A DNA stretch of 26,883 bases from Gemmatimonadales bacterium (GCA_038223815.1 JBBRGR010000001.1:1-26883), one strand, 5' to 3'. Counted from the first letter of the stretch, positions 16,515 through 24,139 are shown. Program-made: numbers and translations. Notes: generated from the letters alone by a model not told the origin.

Positions 16515-16540
16515 GAGGGTGCCAGACGCAGCAATCGAGA

Positions 16541-16615
16541 GACGGGAATCGAGAACTTCAGGTGGCATTCGCTGGTACAGATGAGCGAGACGACACCAGC
16601 CCCTCGATTCCCGTC
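16541..16615. repeat. 13-bp inverted repeat enclosing a 6-bp inner stem, downstream of dnaN
   Basis: GACGGGAATCGAG (16541-16553) / CTCGATTCCCGTC (16603-16615); GCTGGT (16571-16576) / ACCAGC (16595-16600). Confidence 0.7.
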
Positions 16616-16649
16616 GTCCGTTTCCGCCCCATAGCTCTGGAGTTTCTGG

Positions 16650-18416
16650 ATGAAACGTTTCCTTGCCGTTGCCCTCCTCGTGGCTGCCGCTGCCCCGCTC
16701 CCCGGTCAGGTCAAGCCCGCCACCAGGGCGGCTACGAAGGCCGCCGCGCCCAAGACGGTCTGGCCCGACGAAGGCGCCCGCACGTGGGCTCCGCGCCCGA
16801 CCAAGCCCGTGATCGACGCCAACGACCTGCGGACCCGTCTCTACCAGATCGCCGATGACTCGATGATGGGTCGCGAGGCCGGGACGCTCGGCAGCTTCAA
16901 GACGACCGAGTACATCGCCACGGAGCTGGTGCGCCTCGGCCTCACGCCGGCTGGTGAGAACGGCACCTTCTTCCAGGATGTGCCCTTCGGCCCGACGGGC
17001 TACGACGTTGCGGTGAGCACCCTGACCCTCGATGGCCGGAAGCTCACCCCCACCACCGACTGGGTGCCAATGAACCCGTCGGCGGTCAACGGGATCAGCA
17101 ACCGGATGAACGCCACCGTCCCGGCAACCGTCTTCGGCGGCCGCTGGGGGGACAGCACACGCCTCGACCCGGCCGTCGTGACCGGGAAGGTCGTCGTCTT
17201 CCTGCCGGCCGCCGCACCGGCCGCTCCGGCCGCTGGCGGCGGTCGCGGGGGAGCGGCAACCGTCCGTGACCAGCGTGCTCAGCAGGCCGGTGCGGTGGGC
17301 GTCCTGGTGGCCGGGCTTGATGCCATGTCCGAAGCCCAGCGCGGTGCCGCCTTCACCCAACGGATCGCCCTGAAGCCGGCGAACCCGGCCGACATCGCCG
17401 GAGTACCCGGTGCCACGATCACTCGCGCCGCGGCCAACAGTCTCTTCGGCGCCCCACTGGAACAGCTGGCGATCGGAGCGGCGGGCAAGGGGATGAGCGG
17501 GCTGTGGGTCAGCCAGTGGACCATGTCGAAGACGCCAGGCCGCAACGTGATCGCCATGCTGCCCGGATCGGATCCGCAGCTCAAGGGGGAGTATGTCCTG
17601 ATCGGCGCGCACACCGACCACGTCGGCATGGTCAACGGCACCCCGCCCGAGCATGACTCACTCCGCGCCTTCAATCGCATCATGCGGCCGCAGGGCGCCA
17701 ACGATCGTCCTGGCCCGCCGACCGCGGAGCAGTGGTCGCAAATCAACGCGCTGGTCGCCACGGCCCGCGCGATCCGTCCGGCCCGCCCCGACACCGTCAA
17801 CAACGGTGCCGACGACGACGGCTCGGGCACCGTGGTACTGCTGGAGATCGCCGAGCGCTTCGCCACCGAGCCGGCGCCGGCTCGGTCGATGATCTTCAAC
17901 TTCCACATCGGCGAGGAGAAGGGATTGGTCGGCTCGAAGTGGTTCGTCGATCATCCGACGATCCCCCTCGACAAGATCGTCGCCGCCCACAACATGGACA
18001 TGCTCGGCAAGGGGCGTGTGACCGATGTCCGCTACGGCGGCCCGGCCTCCGTGCAGATGCTCGGCTCCCGCCGCCTCTCCGACGACTTTGGTCACGTGAT
18101 CGACTCGCTCAACGCCGTGCGCAGCGAGCCGATGGTGATCGACTACTCCTGGGACCGCACCAACGCCCTCAACCGCTTCTGCCGCTCCGACCAGGTGAGC
18201 TACTTCAACAAGCAGATCCCGGTCACCTACTTCTCGCTCGGCTACGCGGTGGACTACCACATGCCGACCGACGAGCCGCAGTACATCGACTACGAACACG
18301 GCGCCCGCGTCGGCCGCTTCGTCCACGAGATCGCGCGCACCGTCGCCAACCGGCCGGAACGGTTGCAGGTGTTGCCGTTGGACAAGCGCGACTTGAGCGC
18401 GAGTTGCACGAGATAG
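16650..18416 (+). CDS. Secreted M28-family metallopeptidase with PA-like region (588 aa)
   Basis: Signal peptide MKRFLAVALLVAAAAP; GAHTDHVG, NGADDDGSGTVVLLEIA, GEEKGLVGS, NMDM, RSDQ, YHMPTDE. Confidence 0.93.
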   Translation: MKRFLAVALLVAAAAPLPGQVKPATRAATKAAAPKTVWPDEGARTWAPRPTKPVIDANDLRTRLYQIADDSMMGREAGTLGSFKTTEYIATELVRLGLTPAGENGTFFQDVPFGPTGYDVAVSTLTLDGRKLTPTTDWVPMNPSAVNGISNRMNATVPATVFGGRWGDSTRLDPAVVTGKVVVFLPAAAPAAPAAGGGRGGAATVRDQRAQQAGAVGVLVAGLDAMSEAQRGAAFTQRIALKPANPADIAGVPGATITRAAANSLFGAPLEQLAIGAAGKGMSGLWVSQWTMSKTPGRNVIAMLPGSDPQLKGEYVLIGAHTDHVGMVNGTPPEHDSLRAFNRIMRPQGANDRPGPPTAEQWSQINALVATARAIRPARPDTVNNGADDDGSGTVVLLEIAERFATEPAPARSMIFNFHIGEEKGLVGSKWFVDHPTIPLDKIVAAHNMDMLGKGRVTDVRYGGPASVQMLGSRRLSDDFGHVIDSLNAVRSEPMVIDYSWDRTNALNRFCRSDQVSYFNKQIPVTYFSLGYAVDYHMPTDEPQYIDYEHGARVGRFVHEIARTVANRPERLQVLPLDKRDLSASCTR

Positions 18417-18425
18417 CCCACACAG

Positions 18426-18480
18426 GGTTGTCATCCTGAGCGAAGCGGCCTTGCAGGCCGCTTCACTCAGGATGACAACC
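18426..18480. repeat. 25-bp-arm palindrome of the (C/T)GTC-tagged REP-like type (TGTCATCCTGAGCGAAG...); likely bidirectional terminator
   Basis: GGTTGTCATCCTGAGCGAAGCGGCC-TTGCA-GGCCGCTTCACTCAGGATGACAACC, one mismatch; lies between convergent stops at 18416 and 18489. Confidence 0.85.
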
Positions 18481-18488
18481 TCGAGTGC

Positions 18489-19229
18489 CTACATCCTGCC
18501 CAAAATCCAATCCCGCTTCCACAACATCCGTCCCGGTCGCTTGCGCGGGTTGCTGAAGGTCGGGCCTGGGAGTGTTGCCGCCAGGGTAGCCGCCTCGACC
18601 CGGGAGAGTCGGGCGGCTGATTTCTTGAAGTAGCTCTGGCTCGCAGCTTCCACACCCCAGATCTCGTCCCCGAGCTCCGCGGTGTTCAGGTACAGCTCGA
18701 GAATCCGATCCTTGCCGAGCCAGAATTCGAGTCGCCACGCGGTGATCACCTCCTTCACCTTGCGGAGTGGATTCCGCGAGGGTGAGAGGTAGAGATTCTT
18801 GGCGAGCTGCTGGGTGATGGTGCTGGCGCCGCGCACATCACCCAGGTCACTGCGACGGAGGCCACGCCAGAGATCGCGTCGGTCGCGTGGCGAGGTGAAG
18901 GCGAACGAGTCGCGCGGATAGCCGACCGCCTTCCGCAGCTCGACGTAGTCCACCCCAGCGTGACTGTAGAAGCGGTGATCCTCGGCGACCAGCACCGCGC
19001 GCTTCACGTTCGGCGAGATCGCCGCCATCCGCACCGGCGTGTATCTGCGCTGCTCCGCGGCCTCGCGGTCCTGACTTCGCCGCATCGCCTGGAATGCCGT
19101 CTGGCGCGGAAAGGTCACCCGGTACCAGAGCGGTGGCGGCCAGACGGCGAAGAGCCAGAAGAGGAAGAGACCAATGCAGAGCAGCAGGAGCTGGCCGACC
19201 CGACGCCACCACGGTGTGGCGTCAGTCAT
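18489..19229 (-). CDS. mtgA: Monofunctional biosynthetic peptidoglycan transglycosylase (GT51, 246 aa)
   Basis: AVLVAEDHRFYSHAGVD, RGASTITQQLAKNLYL, RKVKE, KDRILELYLN, GVEAASQSYF; no transpeptidase domain. Confidence 0.93.
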   Translation of the reverse strand: MTDATPWWRRVGQLLLLCIGLFLFWLFAVWPPPLWYRVTFPRQTAFQAMRRSQDREAAEQRRYTPVRMAAISPNVKRAVLVAEDHRFYSHAGVDYVELRKAVGYPRDSFAFTSPRDRRDLWRGLRRSDLGDVRGASTITQQLAKNLYLSPSRNPLRKVKEVITAWRLEFWLGKDRILELYLNTAELGDEIWGVEAASQSYFKKSAARLSRVEAATLAATLPGPTFSNPRKRPGRMLWKRDWILGRM

Positions 19230-20076
19230 CCTTCGGCTTGGTCGCGAGCGGGCGGAAGCGGACGATCGTTCTGCTGTACTGCATCGTGGGGATCGACTGC
19301 TTGGCGGTCGGGATCGTGATCAGCTTGGCGATCGAGTCGACGGTGATGATTTGCTCGACTCTGCCGTCGGCTGTCATGTAGTACACACCACTACGACTAC
19401 CCTGGGCGGTCATCGTCATCTCCCGTCCCGCTGAGGTGCCGCGACCGATCTGTTCGAAGGTCTCGCGCACCTGGACGGGGACCAGGAGGAGTCCATCGCG
19501 CTCTGCGGTGGGATTCACGCGCCAGCGAGAGGTTCGGCTCTCCTCGGTGCGGAAGATCTCGACCCGGATGGTGCGCTTGCCGCTGTCGGCCCAGTTCTCT
19601 CCTGCCTTGGCACCGCCGCGGGGGAGGCTGGGGAGGAGCGCGGCGACGGCAGTGGTCAGTTCCTCGACGAGGATCCCACCGCGGGAGGCCGTCAGGTTTT
19701 CCATGCGGCCGTACGCCCCGATCCGGCCGTTCCAGATGGTACCGAGGGCGGCACGCGCGACGGCAGGCTCGGCCGGGACGAGGACCAGCGAGTCGAGGCG
19801 TGCGGAGAGTGCGTTGCCGTCGATGGTGAGGTCGAAGAGCGCCAGCCGTCCGATCCGTTGCACCTGTTTGGTCCCGTTCGGCAGCGTGAGAACAAGCGAG
19901 TCCCGCCGATCGAGCAGCACCTGGCTCTGCCACGCCCTCGTCAAGGCGACGCCGCCGGTGGTGCGGACCGGCGGTGTTGCCACGGGGGTGGGCCGTGTCG
20001 TGGCAGCGGGGGACCCGCCGCAGGCGGCGAGCAGGATCATGGCGAGTGTGGGGCCGTGGGTTCGGTGCAGGGGCAT
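19222..20076 (-). CDS. Hypothetical lipoprotein (284 aa), beta-rich, possibly DUF6263-like
   Basis: Lipobox LLAAC (Cys19), Pro/Thr linker, LPSLPRGGAKAGENWADS motif; 8-nt overlap with the mtgA start. Confidence 0.75.
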   Translation of the reverse strand: MPLHRTHGPTLAMILLAACGGSPAATTRPTPVATPPVRTTGGVALTRAWQSQVLLDRRDSLVLTLPNGTKQVQRIGRLALFDLTIDGNALSARLDSLVLVPAEPAVARAALGTIWNGRIGAYGRMENLTASRGGILVEELTTAVAALLPSLPRGGAKAGENWADSGKRTIRVEIFRTEESRTSRWRVNPTAERDGLLLVPVQVRETFEQIGRGTSAGREMTMTAQGSRSGVYYMTADGRVEQIITVDSIAKLITIPTAKQSIPTMQYSRTIVRFRPLATKPKDD

Positions 20077-20131
20077 CGGTTCTTCCGGTCGGTGTCAGTT
20101 GCTGTGGGGAAGGGTGGCACCGAAGCGCGGA

Positions 20132-20169
20132 AATGCAAAGTCGCCGCCGCCCCGAGGGGCGACGGCGAC
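20132..20169 (-). terminator. Rho-independent terminator between the two paralogous exported-protein genes
   Basis: Minus strand GTCGCCGTCGCCC-CTCG-GGGCGGCGGCGAC then TTTGCATTT, 19 nt after the stop at 20189. Confidence 0.7.
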
Positions 20170-20188
20170 CGGTGTACGGCGCGGTGAA

Positions 20189-20959
20189 TCAGGGCAGCTT
20201 GACGAAGGTGATTTCGGTGGTCGCGGTGACGGGAATCGCGTCCGGATTGCCTTCCATCGAGACCAGCAGGTCCTGCATCGCCTTGATCATTCCTTGGTGC
20301 ATCGGGCCGGCCGGCGGGCCAGAGATCTTCCGGGTACCGGTGATCTTGGCGTTGATCGTCTGCTTGCCGGCAGGGCCGGGGCCTTCGCGCATCAGGGTCC
20401 CGACGGTGTTCGCCTCATAGGTCAGCATCCCCGTGGTGCCGCCGGTCACCTTCCAGTCGAGCATGGTGACCGATTTCTGGCTGTTCCCCTCGGCGCTGCT
20501 CTCGGCCTTGACGGTATCGGCCCAGGTGTCACCGAGCTTGGCGGTGGTGCGGAGCCCGGGGAAGAGGTTCTCGATACCACCGGCGAGCAGCGACACCATC
20601 CGGTGGGGCGCCGACGGCATCAGGGTGCCCTGAACCTTGCCGTCGACGATGTAGGCATGGAAGAAGATGCCCGCGCCGCCGTCGGTGGAGAAACCGGGGG
20701 GCAGCTCGAGCCCTGCCGGGATCTGGAGCGAATCGACGACGATGTGCGCCAGTTGGCCACCGGTCGTGTCGCTCATGGTGACCGAGAGGAAGCCGATGGC
20801 ACCGAACTCCGTTGTCTGGGTGCCCTGCCCCATGGCCGAGAGATCCACGTCCTGCTTCGATTTCACTTCAATGCGATAGCGCTGTGGTGCGGACGGGCCC
20901 GACACGGCACCAGCCAGCGACACGAGAGCGAAAAGACCAGCCAGCATGCCGAACCTCAC
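20189..20959 (-). CDS. Hypothetical exported protein (~256 aa), paralog-like to the downstream lipoprotein
   Basis: Signal peptide (M)RFGMLAGLFALVSLAGA, VVDSL and LFPGLRTTAKLGDTWADT. Start GTG 20959 or ATG 20947; the ORF-track start overlaps rnpB. Confidence 0.72.
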   Translation of the reverse strand: MRFGMLAGLFALVSLAGAVSGPSAPQRYRIEVKSKQDVDLSAMGQGTQTTEFGAIGFLSVTMSDTTGGQLAHIVVDSLQIPAGLELPPGFSTDGGAGIFFHAYIVDGKVQGTLMPSAPHRMVSLLAGGIENLFPGLRTTAKLGDTWADTVKAESSAEGNSQKSVTMLDWKVTGGTTGMLTYEANTVGTLMREGPGPAGKQTINAKITGTRKISGPPAGPMHQGMIKAMQDLLVSMEGNPDAIPVTATTEITFVKLP

Positions 20960-20993
20960 TGAGTAGCGGCCCCTCGTGGTGGGGGCCCGGTGG

Positions 20994-21024
20994 AAACCCG
21001 CGCCATCGTGTTGGGCGGCGCGGG
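20994..21024 (-). terminator. Hairpin right after the rnpB 3' end (possible terminator)
   Basis: CCCGCGCC (20997-21004) / GGCGCGGG (21017-21024) followed by only TTT on the minus strand. Confidence 0.4.
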
Positions 21025-21413
21025 ACGGGTGAGACTGTAAGCCGAGTTTTGTTTCCCGCACCGTGAGGCGTGGGAGATGATCATCTGTCTGGGACGTTCG
21101 TCGCCGAACGCCTCGAGCAGCCTACCCGTGGCTTTGACGGTGCGGGCCGCACCTCGCCACCTATTTGGCCTTGCTCCGACCGGGGGTTACCGTGCCACTG
21201 CCCGTTGCCGGGAGTGCGGTGGGCTCTTACCCCACCGTTTCACCCTTGCCTGTGTCCTCTGGGTCTCCCCGGGGGACCATCGGCGGTTTGCTTTCTGTTG
21301 CCCTGTCCGTCGCCTTGCGGCGCCCAGGCGTTACCTGGCGGTCTGCCCTGTGGAGCTCGGACTTTCCTCGACCCCGCGTTGCCGTGGAGCCGCGATCATC
21401 GCGTCCTACCCGT
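21025..21413 (-). ncRNA. rnpB: RNase P RNA (bacterial, type A-like)
   Basis: Minus strand carries GAGGAAAGTCCGAGCTCCACAG, ACAGAAAGCAAACCGCCG, AAGGGTGAAACGGTGGGGTAAGAGCCCACC, GGAGCAAGGCCAAATAGG, GGTAGGCTGCTCGAG, AGACAGATGATCATC and ACAAAACTCGGCTTACAG. The P1 ends ACGGGTAGGAC / GTCTCACCCGT pair. TAACTT lies just upstream. Confidence 0.97.
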
Positions 21414-21545
21414 ACCGAAAGTTAATCGGCGGATTCCTCTACGCACGATTTGGACCCCTGGTGTCATCGGATGGTCCCTGGGGCGGATTGAGCCGAGGTT
21501 GAGGGGTGGGGGTCACCATGGGGGACCCTTAGCCTAGGAACGCCG

Positions 21546-22379
21546 ATGTCGCAGACCCCCACGATCGCTGCTGTACTGGATCCGCAGGAACGGAGTCGGG
21601 TGGACGCCGCGGGTCAGGGCTATTTCGCCGTGGTGCACCGAGAATCGGTGCGGGATGCCATCCGGGTGGTGCGGGAGCGCCCGGTCGATGCCGTGCTCGT
21701 CTCGGTGCGTCGCTGTGCCGGGGAGGCGCCGGCCCTGCTCGAGCAGTTTGCGCGGGCCTTCCCGGCCATCCCGACGGTGGCGCTGCTCTCCAGCCACGAC
21801 GCGGGGTCGAGCGAGGCGTTGCTGCGCCTCGGGGCAACCGGGGTGCGCCGCGTGGTCGATACCACCGATCCGGCGGGGTGGCGTCGGCTCCGCGACGTCC
21901 TTGCGACCCCGCCGGCCGAGCGTGGCCTCAGCATCCTCACCCCGGTGCTGAGGGCGATCGGCCCGCTGCCCGCGGGCTCCCTTCGCTTCTGGGATGAACT
22001 CTGCCGTGCCGCACCCGAGACCACCACCGTGCGCCAGTTCACCCGGCGCCTGGGTGTGACCCCGTCGACCTTCGTCTCGCGCTTTGTGCGGGCGGGGTTG
22101 CCGTCGCCGAAGGATCATCTGGTCGCCGTGCGGCTCTGTCATGCCGCAAAACTCTTTGACGAGGGCGACCTGACGATCGGCGATGTGGCGTACCGACTCG
22201 ACTATGCCTCACCGCAATCGTTTGGTCGGCACCTCCGCGTGGTCCTGGGGATCACGCCGAGCGAGTTCCGCTCCCGCTTTCCCTTCTGCGCGGTGCTGGA
22301 CCGCTTCCTGGATCGGCTGGTGCGGCCGCATGTGGAGACGTGGCGGGGCTTTCACCCATTGGCGCCGGGGCGGGGATGA
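21546..22379 (+). CDS. AraC-family transcriptional regulator with an N-terminal receiver-like domain (277 aa)
   Basis: C-terminal double HTH (TVRQFTRRLGVTPSTFVSRF...AGLPSPKDHL...LTIGDVAYRLDYASPQSFGRHLRVVLGITPSEFR); N-term AIRVVRERPVDAVLVSV...PTVALLS. Confidence 0.88.
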   Translation: MSQTPTIAAVLDPQERSRVDAAGQGYFAVVHRESVRDAIRVVRERPVDAVLVSVRRCAGEAPALLEQFARAFPAIPTVALLSSHDAGSSEALLRLGATGVRRVVDTTDPAGWRRLRDVLATPPAERGLSILTPVLRAIGPLPAGSLRFWDELCRAAPETTTVRQFTRRLGVTPSTFVSRFVRAGLPSPKDHLVAVRLCHAAKLFDEGDLTIGDVAYRLDYASPQSFGRHLRVVLGITPSEFRSRFPFCAVLDRFLDRLVRPHVETWRGFHPLAPGRG

Positions 22380-22410
22380 TGGATGATGGATGATGGATGG
22401 TCGATGGTCG
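22374..22410 (+). repeat. Heptamer tandem repeat (GGATGAT)3 decaying into GGATG-GTCGATG-GTCG
   Basis: Seen directly; the first unit contains the araC-family TGA stop. Confidence 0.85.
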
Positions 22411-22499
22411 TCTACAATCGCAGGACGATTCTCATTTGATGATTGGTTGACGGTGGTGCGGTAGTCTGGGGGAGCGGAGAGAAGCTGGCTGGTACATGT

Positions 22500-22532
22500 A
22501 CGGCGAGACGCGGGCCGCACGCGTCTCGCCGT
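22500..22532. repeat. Perfect 13-bp hairpin (terminator or second REP-like palindrome)
   Basis: ACGGCGAGACGCG-GGCCGCA-CGCGTCTCGCCGT between convergent genes. Confidence 0.8.
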
Positions 22533-22536
22533 TCGT

Positions 22537-22615
22537 GTTGGGCGACGCGTGGGGCGACGCATGCGTCGCCCCCGCAGCGTCGCCCCCGCAGCGTCGCCCC
22601 TACGCGTCGCCCAAC
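22537..22615. repeat. REP-like element (GGGGCGACGCATGCGTCGCCCC core, two extra half-sites, CTAC tag) inside a 14-bp outer inverted repeat; overlaps the pyrE 3' end
   Basis: Outer arms GTTGGGCGACGCGT (22537-22550) / ACGCGTCGCCCAAC (22602-22615); core at 22551-22572; half-sites GCAGCGTCGCCCC at 22574 and 22588. Confidence 0.92.
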
Positions 22616-23160
22616 CCCAGCTCCGCCGCCGAGACGAGCGCCATCACCGGCACTCCCGCGTCGGCGATCTTCTCCATGCCGCCCGCATTGCGGTCCACCA
22701 CCGCGAGGACCCCGACGACGGATCCACCGGCCTCGCGGATCGCCTCGATCGCGGTGAGGGCCGAGCCGCCGGAGGTGATCACATCCTCGATCACCACGAC
22801 CGCGTCGCCACTCGTGAAGTTCCCCTCGATCTTCCGGCCGGTGCCATGCTCCTTGGCGGCCTTGCGCACCGAGAACGCATCGAGGATCGGTGCGGCGTCC
22901 ACGCTGGCCCGGGCGATCGCATAGCTCACCGGATCGGCGCCCATGGTGAGCCCGCCGATGGCGGTGGGCGCCCAGCCGGCCTCGCGGATCGCCTGCAACG
23001 CGAGCGGCCCGATCAGTGCCTGGCCCGCGGCACTCATCGTGGTGAGGCGGCAGTCGATGTAGTAGCTGGATCGCGCGCCCGAGGCGAGGACGAACTCGCC
23101 GAAGCGGACCGAGCGTTCGCGCAACAGCGCGACGAGGGCGTCGTGGGTGCGCGTGGGCAT
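22600..23160 (-). CDS. pyrE: Orotate phosphoribosyltransferase (186 aa)
   Basis: GEFVLASGARSSYYIDCR, GGLTMGADP, VRKAAKEHGTGRKIEG, PRPP-binding VVVIEDVITSGGS, VLAVVDR. Confidence 0.96.
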   Translation of the reverse strand: MPTRTHDALVALLRERSVRFGEFVLASGARSSYYIDCRLTTMSAAGQALIGPLALQAIREAGWAPTAIGGLTMGADPVSYAIARASVDAAPILDAFSVRKAAKEHGTGRKIEGNFTSGDAVVVIEDVITSGGSALTAIEAIREAGGSVVGVLAVVDRNAGGMEKIADAGVPVMALVSAAELGLGDA

Positions 23161-23173
23161 CGTGGGGGGGTGG

Positions 23174-24064
23174 CTACTTCTTGAAGAGCGAGGAGAAGAA
23201 GCCGCCCTTCTTCTCGGGCTCGGCCGTGACCGCGTCCTGGAACGCCTTGGTGAAATCGGTCACCGTCTTCCAGCGCTTGCCGAGGTCGCGCGCGAGCCCC
23301 TTCATGACGACTTCCTCGAGGCGTCCCGAGAACTTGAGCCCCTTCGCGGCCTCGTTGAGCGGGATCGGATCCTGCGTCAACAGCTGCTGGAAGAGTTCGC
23401 GGGGGTTCTTGCCCGGAAACGGCGTCAATTCTGTCAGAAGCTGGTACGCGATGACCGCAAGCGAATAGACGTCTGCCTGCTCGCCGACGAGCTCGCCACT
23501 GAGCGCTTCGGGCGCCACATACTGCAGCGTGCCGACGAAGAATCCGGCGCGCGTGAGGCGCTCTTCGGCCGGCAATTCGGCGTCCCGGGCGATGCCGAAA
23601 TCGAGCAGCCGCGCCGTCTGGCTGCCCGGGTCATACATGATGTTGGCTGGCTTGAGATCGCGATGGATGATGCCGGCGCGATGCGCCTCCTGCAGGGCGG
23701 CGCCAAGCTGCACGACGATGTTCGCCGCCACCGGGACCGCGATCGGGCCGGAGCGCGCGATGAATGTCTCCAAGGGCTCGCCGGGCGCCCATTCCAGGGC
23801 GAGGTACTGCACGCCGTCGGCCTCGCCGAAGTCGAAGGTGCGCACGACATTCGGATGCACCACGCGCGCACCGAATTCGGCCTCGCGCAGGAAGCGCTTG
23901 ACCGCGACCGGGTCGGAGGCGAGACGGGGACGAAGAAGCTTCAGCGCGACCGGGCCCCGCTCGGGGTGCTCCGCGAGATAGACTTCTGCGGTTCCGCCTT
24001 CACCGACGGCCTTCTTGAGCGTGTAGCCGGCGATTGTGCGACCGACGAAAGGATCTTGTGCCAT
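23174..24064 (-). CDS. Hanks-type Ser/Thr protein kinase, catalytic domain only (296 aa)
   Basis: GEGGTAEVY, VALKLL, HRDLKPANIM, DFGIA, GTLQYVAPE, DVYSLA; no TM or PASTA region. Confidence 0.96.
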   Translation of the reverse strand: MAQDPFVGRTIAGYTLKKAVGEGGTAEVYLAEHPERGPVALKLLRPRLASDPVAVKRFLREAEFGARVVHPNVVRTFDFGEADGVQYLALEWAPGEPLETFIARSGPIAVPVAANIVVQLGAALQEAHRAGIIHRDLKPANIMYDPGSQTARLLDFGIARDAELPAEERLTRAGFFVGTLQYVAPEALSGELVGEQADVYSLAVIAYQLLTELTPFPGKNPRELFQQLLTQDPIPLNEAAKGLKFSGRLEEVVMKGLARDLGKRWKTVTDFTKAFQDAVTAEPEKKGGFFSSLFKK

Positions 24065-24131
24065 GGGATTCCCAAAGGTACTCCCCGCCCCGGCATTGCG
24101 GCAAGCGCAAGCGGAGCCGGTTCGGACGTCC

Positions 24132-24138
24132 TATACTA
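24132..24138. promoter_or_regulatory. Overlapping bidirectional -10-like elements (TATACT on +, TAGTAT on -)
   Basis: TATACTA between the divergent kinase and GWxTD genes, 5 nt before the second ATG (24143). Confidence 0.5.
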
Positions 24139-24139
24139 C

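Noticed and set aside
13694-17654. Long minus-strand ORFs (462 aa and 804 aa)
   Set aside because: Antisense to dnaA, dnaN and the peptidase; expected in high-GC DNA where stops are rare.
19436-20962. 508-aa plus-strand ORF
   Set aside because: Antisense to the two exported-protein genes, crosses a terminator and has low-complexity composition.
21070-21537. Several ORFs over the rnpB region
   Set aside because: Fully explained by the RNase P RNA on the minus strand.
23147-24139. N-terminal 331-codon extension of the GWxTD ORF (785 aa in the track)
   Set aside because: Overlaps the kinase on the opposite strand; a lipoprotein signal begins at 24140/24143.
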